Shown here one piece after another: positions 16,597 to 26,721 of a DNA stretch of 64,000 nt (within the stretch, counting starts at the first letter, position 1; each line of letters begins with the position of its first letter). Below the pieces are notes generated by a model. That model searched no databases, had not been told where the DNA came from, and was given only the letters and a program-made list of their open reading frames with translations. The stretch spans positions 202,037 through 266,036 of the forward strand of contig JBCNVM010000001.1 of assembly GCA_039630085.1 (NCBI GenBank). Reading direction: 5' to 3'. A program made the translations under genes and the position numbers. This stretch comes from Candidatus Caldarchaeales archaeon (GTDB lineage Archaea; Thermoproteota; Nitrososphaeria_A; Caldarchaeales; Calditenuaceae).

Positions 16597-17684
16597 TTTT
16601 GCCGGAGGAGCTGAGCAGGAGGAAGAGTGACCACATCCGGATAGCGGCCGGAGGGGGCGTCGAGTACCGGAAGACCAACTGGCTGGAGCTCGTCGAGCTG
16701 GTCCACAGGGCGGTGCCGGAGCTCTCGCTGGACGAGGTCGACACGAGGTGCGAGTTCCTCGGGAGGACCTTCTCGATGCCCTTGCTGATAGAGGGGATGA
16801 CCGGGGGGACCGATGAGGCGATGAGGATCAACGAGGCCCTCGCGAGGGCCGCCCAGTCCTTGGGGATACCGCTCGGCGTGGGGAGCCAGAGGGCGGGGAT
16901 AGTTGACCCCAGCGTCAGGAGGAGCTTCACGGTCGCGAGGGAGGTCGGGGCCGGGGTCTTCCTGATCGCGAACGTCGGGGCCGCGCAGCTGGTGAGGGAG
17001 GGGCCGTCGTTCGCGGCGAAGGCCGTCGAGATGCTCGAGGCCGACGCGCTCGCGGTCCACGTCAACGTCCTGCAGGAGCTCGTCCAGCCGGGGGGCGACG
17101 CGTCCTTCGCGGGCGTCCTCAGGAGCCTCGGGAGGACGGTCGAGGAGGTGGGCGTGCCGGTTATCGTGAAGGAGGTCGGGTGCGGGCTCAGCTACGAGGA
17201 CGTTGTCCTCCTGAGGGAAGTCGGCGTGGCCGCGGTCGACGTCGCGGGGTCCGGGGGCACCAACTGGACTGAGATCGAGAGGAGGAGGGCCGTCGAGGCG
17301 GGAGACGAGGAGAGGGCTGGACTCGCGGAGCTCTACAGGGAGTGGGGGATACCCACGGCCGCATCGGTGCTGGAGTCGTCCCGCGTCGAGGGTATCGAGG
17401 TCGTCGGGTCGGGAGGCATCAGGAACGGCCTCGAGGTCGCGAAGGTGATCGCCCTGGGAGCGGAGATGGCCGGGATGGCGAGGCCTTTCCTGCTCGCCGC
17501 GCTGGAGGGCCCGGACTCGGTGGTCAGGTTGGCGCAGAGGGTGCGGTCGGAGCTGCGGGTCGCGATGATGCTGACCGGTTCGAGGACCGTGAGGGACTTG
17601 GGGAGAGCGCCTTACGTCCTCCACGGGCCCCTCCTCGAGTGGTACAGCCAGCGGGTCGCGCCCAGGCTCGGGCAGGCCAGGTGA
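16593..17684 (+). CDS. fni: Isopentenyl-diphosphate delta-isomerase, type 2 (FMN-dependent)
   Basis: RKSDHIRI N-terminus, MPLLIEGMTGG, and GSGGIRNGLEVAKVIALGA TIM-barrel FMN motifs. Its start overlaps the rps17e stop. Confidence 0.9.
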   Translation: MILPEELSRRKSDHIRIAAGGGVEYRKTNWLELVELVHRAVPELSLDEVDTRCEFLGRTFSMPLLIEGMTGGTDEAMRINEALARAAQSLGIPLGVGSQRAGIVDPSVRRSFTVAREVGAGVFLIANVGAAQLVREGPSFAAKAVEMLEADALAVHVNVLQELVQPGGDASFAGVLRSLGRTVEEVGVPVIVKEVGCGLSYEDVVLLREVGVAAVDVAGSGGTNWTEIERRRAVEAGDEERAGLAELYREWGIPTAASVLESSRVEGIEVVGSGGIRNGLEVAKVIALGAEMAGMARPFLLAALEGPDSVVRLAQRVRSELRVAMMLTGSRTVRDLGRAPYVLHGPLLEWYSQRVAPRLGQAR

Positions 17685-17691
17685 GGCGCCA

Positions 17692-18864
17692 CTACATCCC
17701 TATGCCGACGGTGTTCCCTATCCCCGCGACGACGACCGTCCCGTTCTCCGGGACGTTCTTCCTTATCGTCTCCTTGAGCTTCGCCAGGATGACGTCGCTG
17801 GCCTTCGCGATCGACTCCTTCATCGGGGTTATCGCCTCGCCGATCGACTGGAAGATCACGTATGCGTAGAGCGGGACGCCCCTGTCCTTCGCTATCGTCT
17901 CGATCTTGAACTTGTCGATCCCCGGGCCCCCGATCGCCACGCCGACTCCCTCCGCAACCTTCCCCGTCTCTTCCCCCTCGAGCTTAAGCGCGGCGTCGAT
18001 CGTCACGACGAGGTCAACCTTCCCCTCGGCCTCGATGACCTTCTTCACCGCGTCCCCCGGCCTCCCTACCGTCCCGCCGGGGCCCTTCGCCCTGACGACG
18101 TAGACCCTCCTGCCCTCGAACTGCCCCAGCATCACGACCGTGTCCTTCACGCTCTCGTCGACCGGGACCGCGTTAATCTCCCTCGCGAACTTGGCCGCGA
18201 CCAGTACCCCGGCTCCGTCGCCGATCGGCTGGCCGTTGTAGAAGGCGAACGAGGCCTGCCTGTAGGCCTCCGCGAGCTCCATGATCATCGGGAGCTGCAT
18301 CTGGATCTGGAGGGCGATGAAGTAGTTGGCGGTCTTCCTGCCGAGGAGGTAGTAGTGCCTCACGACCCTGTAGATGATGTTCATGGCCCTCGCCACCTCG
18401 ACGAGGTTCGTGAGGGTCTTGAGCCTGTCCCGGTCCTCGGTCCTCACGAGGGCGGCGACCTGATCCTCGAACCTGTTCTCGCCTATGTTGAGGATGTGCT
18501 CCAGCTTGTAGACGATGCCGTACGGGTCCATCGACTCGGGGGCTATGTAGAAGTAGTCCAAGAGGACGTCCAGCTTCTTCCCGATCTCCTCCTCCGACTC
18601 GCTGCTGCCGCTCTGCTTGATCGCCGCTATCGTCCGGGACCTGACGTCGTCCCTCATGGCCTTGAGCCTGTAGAGCTTCCTGTCGATGTCCCTCAGGATG
18701 TTGATCAGCTGCATCCTCTGTCCGAGCATCGGATAGAAGAAGAACGAGAGCATGATGAACAGGAACCAGAAGAGCATGAGCAGCGTCGAGTCCTCCAGCT
18801 GTCCGGTGCCCGGAGCCGCGGCCAACGCCATCCTGAGCTGCATCACGCTGTTATCCCACGTCAC
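17692..18864 (-). CDS. Conserved archaeal membrane-anchored protein (DUF1512-like)
   Basis: N-terminal TM (LLMLFWFLFIMLSFFFYPML) followed by a large soluble domain. Assignment is from recalled family features only. The start may be ATG18843, given a TATA-like CTATAAGA near 18885. Confidence 0.5.
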   Translation of the reverse strand: MTWDNSVMQLRMALAAAPGTGQLEDSTLLMLFWFLFIMLSFFFYPMLGQRMQLINILRDIDRKLYRLKAMRDDVRSRTIAAIKQSGSSESEEEIGKKLDVLLDYFYIAPESMDPYGIVYKLEHILNIGENRFEDQVAALVRTEDRDRLKTLTNLVEVARAMNIIYRVVRHYYLLGRKTANYFIALQIQMQLPMIMELAEAYRQASFAFYNGQPIGDGAGVLVAAKFAREINAVPVDESVKDTVVMLGQFEGRRVYVVRAKGPGGTVGRPGDAVKKVIEAEGKVDLVVTIDAALKLEGEETGKVAEGVGVAIGGPGIDKFKIETIAKDRGVPLYAYVIFQSIGEAITPMKESIAKASDVILAKLKETIRKNVPENGTVVVAGIGNTVGIGM

Positions 18865-19029
18865 CAGCTCTCACCCTCTCTTATAGCTTCGTCCCGAGAG
18901 CGTCCTCGGCGAGTCTTCCGGCCTCCGGGGCGTCCGGAGAGGCGCGCGGGTAATACGAGATCGGCGCGGAGGAACGGAAGGCGTCTGCTCGGGCAAGCGG
19001 CGAGGGAGCGCGAGGTCCTCCGAGCCGGA

Positions 19030-19974
19030 TCAACTTTGGACTTCGGCCCTCGCCGGGCCCTCGAGGACCTCCTTCAGGCCCTTGAACCTGTTCCTCACGG
19101 TGACCTCCGTGACGCCCGCGGCCCTCGCGATGTCCTTCTGGGTGACGTTCTGCATCGTCTCCTGGCAGGCCATGTAGAGCGCAGCGGCGGCTATCCCCAC
19201 GGGGTCCTTCCCGATCGTCGCGCCCCTCTTCGCGGCCTCGGTGAGGATCCTCACCGCCTCCTGGGCGGTCCTCTCGTCGACGTTGACCTTCGCGGCGATC
19301 TTGGAGACGTAGATCGTCGGGTCGGTGACGGGGACCCTGATGTTCAGGTGCTTCAGCATCAGCCTGTACCCCTGGGCGATCGTCTTCCTCTTCACCAGCG
19401 GGTAGGCCTTCTCGAACTCCCTGAGGTCCCTGGGGATCCCGTTGAGCCTGCAGGCCGCGTAGATCGCCGCTGCCATGATGCTCCTGATGGACCTGCCCCT
19501 GACCAGCCCGGCCTTCAGCGCCTTCCTGTAGATCAGCATCGCCTGCTCCGCGACCGCCTGCGGAAGGTTCAGCTTGTCCATGTAGATACCGAGGATGTTC
19601 GCGGCCTGCTGGAGGTTCCGGGTCTCGGAGGCGTTGACCTGCGAAGTCTGGTCGAGCTTCTTCAGCCTCAGCATCTTCTCCCTCACCTCCTTCGGGAGCC
19701 TCCTGCCTCCCGCGTCCTCGCTGGTCTTGTCGATTACCGTCGATAGCCCGAAGTCCTTGTACATGATCGAGAGCGGAGCTCCCGCCCTCGCCCTGCTCTC
19801 CTCTCCCTCCTCGGCGCCCCTCCACTCGGGGCCCCTGTTCACCCCTTTCTCAACGACGACGGCCCCGCACTCCTCGCAGCTCACCTCCCCGGTCATGGGG
19901 TCGGAGACGAGCCTCATGCTCCCGCACTCGGGGCACATCAGGTCCTCCCTCCAGGCCCTCACGCGACCGCTCAT
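19030..19974 (-). CDS. tfb: Transcription initiation factor IIB (TFB)
   Basis: N-terminal Zn ribbon CPECGS...CEECG, B-finger region, and two cyclin-like repeats ending in the HTH (TQKDIARAAGVTEVTVRNR). Confidence 0.95.
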   Translation of the reverse strand: MSGRVRAWREDLMCPECGSMRLVSDPMTGEVSCEECGAVVVEKGVNRGPEWRGAEEGEESRARAGAPLSIMYKDFGLSTVIDKTSEDAGGRRLPKEVREKMLRLKKLDQTSQVNASETRNLQQAANILGIYMDKLNLPQAVAEQAMLIYRKALKAGLVRGRSIRSIMAAAIYAACRLNGIPRDLREFEKAYPLVKRKTIAQGYRLMLKHLNIRVPVTDPTIYVSKIAAKVNVDERTAQEAVRILTEAAKRGATIGKDPVGIAAAALYMACQETMQNVTQKDIARAAGVTEVTVRNRFKGLKEVLEGPARAEVQS

Positions 19975-19997
19975 GCCTTTATCCCACCCCTGACTGA

Positions 19998-20009
19998 ATT
20001 TTTATTTGA
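19998..20009 (-). promoter_or_regulatory. A/T-rich TATA/BRE candidate for tfb (CAAATAAAAATT on the minus strand)
   Basis: Lies 24-35 nt upstream of ATG19974. It is the only AT-rich tract in the tfb-cysS spacer. Confidence 0.45.
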
Positions 20010-20071
20010 TCCCATCATGGAGAGATAAGGGTTACTCAATATTAAATCTTTCCATCCGACAACTTCTGGGT

Positions 20072-21502
20072 TTACCGGCGTAGTACGCGTCTGCCGGCGA
20101 ACCTCCAGCGGGGACCCGATGCGGTGTCCTCGACCCTGATGCCGATCGCCGAGAGGCCCGCCCTGATCGCGTCGGCGAGCTCGAACCTCCTCTCCGACCT
20201 GAGCCTCTCCCTCATGTCCAGCAGCAGCGAGAGCACGTCCTCGAGCAGCTCGCCGCCCCTCGCTCGTCCAGAGGGCAGCACGCCGAGCGCCGAGTCGACA
20301 GTCGCGTAGAAGGCCTCGCCCTCGGCCCTGAGCTCCTGCGGCACCGAGTCGTGGGACTCGAGGTACCTGGCAAGGGCCCTGGTGGCCTCGTGGAGCGCCG
20401 ATAGGGCCTGGGGCGTGTTCAGGTCGTCCTCCAGCGCCGAGAGGAGCCTCGACCCGCTCGCCTTCAGCTCCCCGAGCGTTGCCCTCCCTTCCTCGTCGAG
20501 CCCCTCCTGGGCGACGTCCCTGCCCCTGAACTCCTGCAGGACCGAGACTATACCCTCGAGGGCCCTCGAGGCCGCGTCCAGGTTCTCCCAGCCGAACTCG
20601 ACAGGGCTCCTGTAGTGCGAGGAGGCGTAGAAGTACCTGAGCTCCTCTGCCGTGTACCTCCTCAGGACGTCCCTGATCGTGATGATGTTCCCGAGGGACT
20701 TGGACATCTTCTCTCCGCCAACCGTGAGGAGGCCCGTGTGGACCCAGTACCTCGAGAAGGGCGAGACTCCCGTCGCGGCCTCGGCCTGGGCCCTCTCGGC
20801 CTCGTGATGGGGGAAGATCAGCTCGATCGCGCCGCCGTGGACGTCCAGCTGGGGCCCGAAGTAGGTCAGGATGATCGCGGTGTCCTCGATGTGCCATCCG
20901 GGCCTCCCGTATCCCCAGGGCGAGTCCCACCCGAGCTCGGTCTCGGGCCTCAGCTTCCAGAGCGCGAAGTCCTGCGGCCTCCTTTTCGTCGGGTCTGGTT
21001 CGATCCTGTGGACGCTCAGCTCCTCCGGCTCCCTCCCCGAGAGCTCGCCGTAGGGCCCGAAGGCCTCCGTGTCGAAGTAGACCCCGGTTCTGGTCTCGTA
21101 GGCGAACCCCCTCTTCAGGAGCCCCCGGATCAGCTCGATGATCTCCTCGATGTGCTCGGAGGCCCTCGCGAAGAGGTTGACGCTCTCTATCCTCAGGTCC
21201 CTCAGGTCCTCCATGAAGTACCCCTCGAACTCCTTCGCCAGCTCGAGCGGGTGGACTCCCCTCTCCGCGGCCCTCTGGATGATCTTGTCGTCGACGTCGG
21301 TGATGTTCATCAGGTAGAAGAGCGAGTACCCCGCGCCCCTGAGGTACCTCGCGAGGAAGTCGTAGGCGACGTAGGTCCTCGCGTGGCCGACGTGCGCGTA
21401 GTCGTAGACCGTGGGCCCGCAGACGTACATCTTGACCCTGTTGCCCCTCAGCGGCCTGAACTCCTCGACCATCCGGGTCAGGCTGTTGTAGACTCGGAGC
21501 AC
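20072..21502 (-). CDS. cysS: Cysteine--tRNA ligase
   Basis: Class I HIGH variant HVGHARTY and KMSKSLGN, with the Zn-binding Cys context YVCGPTVYD. Confidence 0.95.
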   Translation of the reverse strand: MLRVYNSLTRMVEEFRPLRGNRVKMYVCGPTVYDYAHVGHARTYVAYDFLARYLRGAGYSLFYLMNITDVDDKIIQRAAERGVHPLELAKEFEGYFMEDLRDLRIESVNLFARASEHIEEIIELIRGLLKRGFAYETRTGVYFDTEAFGPYGELSGREPEELSVHRIEPDPTKRRPQDFALWKLRPETELGWDSPWGYGRPGWHIEDTAIILTYFGPQLDVHGGAIELIFPHHEAERAQAEAATGVSPFSRYWVHTGLLTVGGEKMSKSLGNIITIRDVLRRYTAEELRYFYASSHYRSPVEFGWENLDAASRALEGIVSVLQEFRGRDVAQEGLDEEGRATLGELKASGSRLLSALEDDLNTPQALSALHEATRALARYLESHDSVPQELRAEGEAFYATVDSALGVLPSGRARGGELLEDVLSLLLDMRERLRSERRFELADAIRAGLSAIGIRVEDTASGPRWRFAGRRVLRR

Positions 21503-21616
21503 AATATCCCGGGCACCGCGCTGCCTTCCCCCCGCCCCTATTTAACCGAGAGCCGGGAGCGTGAGGCCCATCGGGTCTCGCGGCCATCAATCTTATAGCA
21601 AAGGCGGGAAATCGAG

Positions 21617-22105
21617 ATGAGGCCGGTGAACGGAGTGTCGGTCAAGGTGACGCAGGAGGACCTGCAGAGGGCCTTGGACGAGCTGGCCGTCCTCGAGCAG
21701 CTGATACCGGACCTCCAGGCGAGGATAGCGGCGCTCAACGCCTCGATACTCGACCACGAGAGGGCCCTCCAGCTGATCGACTTCCTCACCAGCAACCCGG
21801 GCCAGCACAAGGTCCTCTTCTCGATCGGGGGAGGCTCGCTCCTCGAGACCGACGTCTCGTTCACGGGGAGGCTCAAGGTCGGGATAGGGCAGAACGTGGT
21901 CCTCGACGCGCCTGTCGAGAGGTGCAGGAGGATAATCAACGATAGGAAGGCGGTGCTGGAGAGGAACAGGGCCCAGCTGGTCCAGCTGCTGGGCAGCTAC
22001 ACGGAGAGGGCCGAGCTCCTCAGGAGGTTCCTGTTATCGGTTCAGCAGGCGATCGCCGCGAGGGGCGCGGCCCGAGAGGGGTCAGGCGGTGCTCGAGGGA
22101 CTTAG
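21617..22105 (+). CDS. pfdA: Prefoldin alpha subunit
   Basis: 162 aa: coiled coil, beta-hairpin region (KVLFSIGGGSLLETDV...KVGIGQNVVLD), coiled coil. The pfdA-ftsY linkage is conserved in archaea. Confidence 0.75.
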   Translation: MRPVNGVSVKVTQEDLQRALDELAVLEQLIPDLQARIAALNASILDHERALQLIDFLTSNPGQHKVLFSIGGGSLLETDVSFTGRLKVGIGQNVVLDAPVERCRRIINDRKAVLERNRAQLVQLLGSYTERAELLRRFLLSVQQAIAARGAAREGSGGARGT

Positions 22106-23000
22106 GAGGGCCCTGAGGGCCGCGGTCGAGAGGCTGACGACCGAGGAGCTCTCCGAGTCCAAGCTCGAGGAGGTCCTCGAGGAGCTGAGGATCCAGCTCG
22201 TCGCCAACGAGGTCTCCCTCGAGGCCGCCGAGTCGATCGCGAGCGCCCTAGGCGAAGGGCTCAGGGGGAGGAGGCTGCCGAGGTTCTCCGACAGGAGGGC
22301 CGCGGTCCTCGAGGCCCTGAGGGGCGCCCTCGAGTCGGTCCTCCTCGACGCCGATCCCCTCGAGCTGGTGAAGGAGGTCAAGGCCCACCACGCCTCCACC
22401 GGCGAGCCCTTCCCGATACTCTTCGTCGGGCCGAACGGCGGCGGGAAGACGACGACGGTCGCGAAGATCGCCAACTTCCTCAAGACGAACTCCGTGCCCT
22501 CGGTCATAGCCTGCGCGGACACGTTCAGGGCCGCCGCGATCGAGCAGATGAGGCTCCTCGCGGAGAGGGTCGGAGTCAGGTGCGTCAGCCACAGGTACGG
22601 CGCGGACCCCGCGGCCGTGGCGGTGGACTCGATCGTCAGCGCGAGGGCCCACGGCGTGCCGGCCGTCCTGATAGACACGGCCGGGAGAACGGAGCTCAAC
22701 AGGAACCTCCTCGAGGAGATGAGGAAGATCAAGAGGGTCGCCCAGCCTAGGAGGGTGATCTACGTCGTCGACGCGCTGGCCGGGAACGTGGCCGTCGAGC
22801 AGGCGAGGCAGTTCGACTCCTACGTCGGCGTGGACTACGTCGTCCTCACCAAGTTGGACAGCGACGTCAAGGGAGGGACCGCGATATCCGTCTGCTACGC
22901 GATCAGGAAGCCGATCCTCTTCGTGGGCGTCGGACAGGACCTGAGGGACTTGGCGCCGCTCCCGAAGTCCGAGTTGATAGGGAGGCTCCTCGAGGCCTGA
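22089..23000 (+). CDS. ftsY: Signal recognition particle receptor FtsY
   Basis: NG domain with GPNGGGKTTT, DTAGR and TKLD motifs. Confidence 0.9.
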   Translation: MLEGLRRALRAAVERLTTEELSESKLEEVLEELRIQLVANEVSLEAAESIASALGEGLRGRRLPRFSDRRAAVLEALRGALESVLLDADPLELVKEVKAHHASTGEPFPILFVGPNGGGKTTTVAKIANFLKTNSVPSVIACADTFRAAAIEQMRLLAERVGVRCVSHRYGADPAAVAVDSIVSARAHGVPAVLIDTAGRTELNRNLLEEMRKIKRVAQPRRVIYVVDALAGNVAVEQARQFDSYVGVDYVVLTKLDSDVKGGTAISVCYAIRKPILFVGVGQDLRDLAPLPKSELIGRLLEA

Positions 23001-23015
23001 GGCCGTCCGACTCGG

Positions 23016-24581
23016 TCAGCGCTTCTTCGGTCTCTCGGCCTTCCCGAGCTTCGCAGGCTCCAAGTTGATCACGACCGTCTTCAGGACCATCATCTCCTCG
23101 ATCGAGTAGCCTATCCCTTCCCTCCCCAGTCCCGAGTCCTTGACGCCTCCGAACGGGAAGTACCCGACGCCGTGCCTGGGAAAGTCGTTGACGGTCACCG
23201 AACCCGCTTGGACGGCCTTCGCTATCCTCCACATCCTGTAGAAGTTGTTCGTGAAGACGCAGGAGTCCAATCCGTACCTGCTCCTCGAGACGATCGAGAG
23301 CGCTTCGTCCTCGTCCCTGACTCTGGCTACCGTCACCACTGGCCCGAAGGTCTCCTCCCAGAGGATCCTGGCGTCGCGGGGCACGTGGTCGAGGACGGTC
23401 GGCTCGTGGTAGCACCCGCTGTACTTCCCTCCCCTCAGCAGCTTCGCGCCCCGCTCGACCGCGTCCCTCACCAACGCGTTCACCCTCTCCGCGGCCGCCC
23501 TGTTGATCAGCGGGCCTACGTCGACCCCGTCGAGCCTCGGGTCCCCAAATCGTATCCCGTCCACCACCTTGAGCACCTCCTCCACGAACCTCTCGGCCAC
23601 GCTCTCAACCACTAGGATCGCGCTGACCGCGTCGCACCTCTGCCCCGCGTTCCTCAGGGATCCCATCACACACTTGCTGGCCGCGAGGGGGATGTCCGCG
23701 TCCTCCAAGACGATCGCGTAAGCCTTTCCTCCCAACTCGAGGTGGAGGCTCTTCCCCGCCGCCCTCCTCGCGACCTCCTTCCCGACCTCCGTGCTGCCCG
23801 TGAAGGAGATCATGCCGACGTCGTCGTGCTCCGCGAGCTTCGCCCCCACGCTCCCTGGGCCCGTGACGACGTTCAGGACGCCCCTCGGGAGGCCGACCTC
23901 GGCGAAGACCCTCGCCAAGAGCAGCTGACTGAGCGGCGTCTCGCTGGACGGCTTCACAACCACCGTGTTCCCTGAGAGTATCGCAGGGATCACCTTCGCA
24001 GCGGGGATGAAGAGGGGATAGTTGAAGGGCCCTATCGCCCCTACCGTACCCACCGGCTCCCTCAGGACAATCGCGATCTTGCCCCGGGTGTCGGCCGACC
24101 AGTCGCCGGGCCTGTACTCCCCGGTGACCTTCGAGACATCTTCCATCGTCATCCTCATCCTCTCAGCGACCGCGGAGACCTCGCCCTCCGCGTCCCTTCT
24201 CGTCTTTCCTCCCTCGACCACCAGGACGTCGACGAAGTCCTGCCTGTGCCGCTCGATCAGGTCAGCGCACTCGTGGAACATCTCTATCCTGTCTATCGCC
24301 GCGATGTTGCGTATCGAGGGCCTCGCGACCTTCGCGGCCGCTACCGCGAGGTTCACGTCGGTCGTGCTCCCCTTCTGGGCATAAGCGACGACGCTCTCGT
24401 CTATCGGGGTGTCGACCGGGAAGACCTCGCGGCTCGAGCTCTCGACCCACTTCCCGTCGACGTACATCCTGAAGGCCGGAAGGCCGTCTTCTCCCTCAAC
24501 GAAGATGTCCTTGAAGAGCCCGCTTAACTTTAGGCTGGGCCTCTCCAGTCCGACCTCGTACCTCTGCTCGTAACCGGCCAT
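23016..24581 (-). CDS. NAD(P)-dependent aldehyde dehydrogenase family protein (GapN or lactaldehyde-DH-like)
   Basis: 521 aa. LELGGK glutamate motif, catalytic Cys context NAGQRCDAV, and cofactor motif FTGSTEVG. Confidence 0.85.
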   Translation of the reverse strand: MAGYEQRYEVGLERPSLKLSGLFKDIFVEGEDGLPAFRMYVDGKWVESSSREVFPVDTPIDESVVAYAQKGSTTDVNLAVAAAKVARPSIRNIAAIDRIEMFHECADLIERHRQDFVDVLVVEGGKTRRDAEGEVSAVAERMRMTMEDVSKVTGEYRPGDWSADTRGKIAIVLREPVGTVGAIGPFNYPLFIPAAKVIPAILSGNTVVVKPSSETPLSQLLLARVFAEVGLPRGVLNVVTGPGSVGAKLAEHDDVGMISFTGSTEVGKEVARRAAGKSLHLELGGKAYAIVLEDADIPLAASKCVMGSLRNAGQRCDAVSAILVVESVAERFVEEVLKVVDGIRFGDPRLDGVDVGPLINRAAAERVNALVRDAVERGAKLLRGGKYSGCYHEPTVLDHVPRDARILWEETFGPVVTVARVRDEDEALSIVSRSRYGLDSCVFTNNFYRMWRIAKAVQAGSVTVNDFPRHGVGYFPFGGVKDSGLGREGIGYSIEEMMVLKTVVINLEPAKLGKAERPKKR

Positions 24582-24677
24582 TCCTCCGCTCCGATCCGGG
24601 GTTGTGCTTTAAGGGTTCGCCGAGCTACCAGTCGTGCGGATGAAGGAGTTCCGCGGTCGCGATCGAGAGCGAACCGC

Positions 24678-26681
24678 TCATTTGGGGAAGAGAACGCTCA
24701 GGAGGTCATCGAGGTGTGCGGTCGCGACGCAGACGTGCCTGTCGGCCCCGCCGTAGTAGAGGTAGACGGTGTCGTCCCTCAGGACCGCGCCGCACGGGAA
24801 TACGACGTTGTTCACGAAGCCCTCCCTCTCGTACCACTCGGTGGGCTCGAGAACCGGTGTGACCGACCTCGCGATCACATGTTCGGGCCTGTTCTCCTCA
24901 AGCAGGGCGACTCCTACCCTGTAAACGCTGTCGTGCGAGACGCCGTGGTAGAGCATTAGCCACCCCTCACTGATCTTAATCGGAGGAACCCCCATGCCGA
25001 CCTTCTTCCCGTCCCACATCCCGGGCCTCGCGGGCAATAGCTTCGTGGAGACGAGCCCCGTCGGGTCGACCTGCTCGAGGGAGCTGAGGTAGTCGTAGAC
25101 GACGTTGATCCCGCCGAGCCTGTGGATGAGGAAGTACTTCCCGTCGATCCGCTGGGGGAGGACGCAGGCGTTCTTGTCGTCGATGCCCTCCGGCGAGACC
25201 AGCACGGGCTCGGACCAGTTCCACTCGCCGCTGAGGAGGTCGTCGACTAGGATGGAGGTCAGCGCGACCCTCGGGGGGTTCATCCCGTCGAAGGCCGTGT
25301 AGAACATGTAGACTCTATTGTTGATCCTAACTAGCCTCGGGTCCTCGCACCCCGAGAGCCCCGGCACCCTCTTCTGCTCGAAGGGCATCCTCGGGACGTA
25401 GACCGGGTCCTCGAGTATCCTGTCGATGTGCAGGCCGTCCTCCGTGACCGCGAGTCCTATCCGCGACGTCAGGTCCCCGGAGAGGGCCCTGAAGAAGACG
25501 TAGATCTTGCCCTCCAGCTCGATCGCGCCCGGGTTGAAGGTCGCGAAGCTCCTCCACCAGTACCTCCCGTCGGGCCTGATCACCGGGTTGCCCTCGTGTC
25601 TCCTGAAGACCCTCGAGACGCCTCCGTCCATCATCGCCCTGAGCGTGCTGAGGGGTACGTTCGCGCAGCAGCAGGTCGTGTCGGCGGCGCCGTAGTACAG
25701 CCTTACCGTGTTCCTCTCCAGCAGGGCTGAGGTCGGGAAGACGACCATCGGGACGTTCCCGAAGACCTCGTAGACCTCCTCCGGGGTCATGAAGGGGTAG
25801 GTGGTCCTCTTCAAGACCCTCCTCGGGTCGTCCAAGTTCAGCAGGAGCGCCTCCACCCCGAAGATCCTCTGTCCCGGGTCGCCGAAGTAGTTCTGGATGT
25901 AGCTGTAAATCAGGAGCCACCCGTCCTCGAGCTCGACCGGGGGCGCCCCGACCTCGATGTGGTCCCTGTCTGACCTCCTCGGGTCAGGCTTGATCGCGTG
26001 GTCCGCGTAGCTCTTGTACCACTCGGCCATGTCGTCCTTCCACTTGGCCGGGTCGTCGGAGAGCTCCGCGATCGCGATATACGCTGGTGGCCTGTCGGTG
26101 TGGACCGTGAGGACCGCTGTGACCCTCCCGCCTATCCTCCTCGGGAAGAGGGCCATCGCCTTCGCGTTGAACGGCGTCACCAGGTACTTCGCCTCCACCC
26201 GTTTCAGGTCCTTGCTGATCGCGACCCCTACCCTTATCCCGTCGGCCGTGGGAGGTAGCGTCGATATCGCTGTGTAGAAGATGTAGTATTTGCCCTCGAA
26301 GTAGACGGCGCGCGGGTCCTCGCACCCGAACCTCTCCCAGTCGTGCTGCGGATAGATGAATCGCCTCCTCGAGCGAAAGTGTATCCCGTCGCTGCTCCTA
26401 GCGATCCCTATCGAGCTGATGGTCGTCCCCCTGCTGATGAGGTACTCGGAGGAGGAGATGGCCCTGTAGAGCATGTAGTAGGTCCTTCCCTTCCTCACGA
26501 CCGAGGGGTTGAAGACCGCGTAGCTTTCCCATGAGATCCCCCTCGTGGGGAGCAGTATCGGGTTCTCCTCGCACCTCCTGAAGCCGGGGATGGGCCTAGT
26601 CCTGAGCGCCCTCCGGGCTATCTTCGCGATGCTGTCGTTCAGCACCCTTCCGGGTCCCCCGCCTGCACCTCGTAAAGCCAT
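24678..26681 (-). CDS. Tandem (two-module) GH130-family glycoside phosphorylase/hydrolase-like protein
   Basis: 667 aa with two repeats of the GH130 (former DUF377) pattern: NPILLP..WESYAVFNPSVV...GCEDPR and NPVIRP..WRSFATFNPGAI...GCEDPR. Confidence 0.75.
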   Translation of the reverse strand: MALRGAGGGPGRVLNDSIAKIARRALRTRPIPGFRRCEENPILLPTRGISWESYAVFNPSVVRKGRTYYMLYRAISSSEYLISRGTTISSIGIARSSDGIHFRSRRRFIYPQHDWERFGCEDPRAVYFEGKYYIFYTAISTLPPTADGIRVGVAISKDLKRVEAKYLVTPFNAKAMALFPRRIGGRVTAVLTVHTDRPPAYIAIAELSDDPAKWKDDMAEWYKSYADHAIKPDPRRSDRDHIEVGAPPVELEDGWLLIYSYIQNYFGDPGQRIFGVEALLLNLDDPRRVLKRTTYPFMTPEEVYEVFGNVPMVVFPTSALLERNTVRLYYGAADTTCCCANVPLSTLRAMMDGGVSRVFRRHEGNPVIRPDGRYWWRSFATFNPGAIELEGKIYVFFRALSGDLTSRIGLAVTEDGLHIDRILEDPVYVPRMPFEQKRVPGLSGCEDPRLVRINNRVYMFYTAFDGMNPPRVALTSILVDDLLSGEWNWSEPVLVSPEGIDDKNACVLPQRIDGKYFLIHRLGGINVVYDYLSSLEQVDPTGLVSTKLLPARPGMWDGKKVGMGVPPIKISEGWLMLYHGVSHDSVYRVGVALLEENRPEHVIARSVTPVLEPTEWYEREGFVNNVVFPCGAVLRDDTVYLYYGGADRHVCVATAHLDDLLSVLFPK

Positions 26682-26721
26682 TCCCGGACAAGAGGCGAAG
26701 GGAATTCGCCGATAAATACGC

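Noticed and set aside
16284-17624. 446-aa minus-strand ORF antisense to rps17e and fni
   Set aside because: Pro/Arg/Asp-rich antisense shadow. The plus strand encodes unmistakable eS17 and type-2 IDI.
18355-19746. 463-aa plus-strand ORF antisense to the DUF1512-like and tfb genes
   Set aside because: Shadow frame (Pro/Arg/Leu/Asp-rich). TFB on the minus strand is unambiguous.
19971-21590. 539-aa minus-strand ORF overlapping cysS
   Set aside because: Out-of-frame relative to the true CysRS frame (20072..21502, with HIGH and KMSKS motifs). Arg/Gly/Pro-rich.
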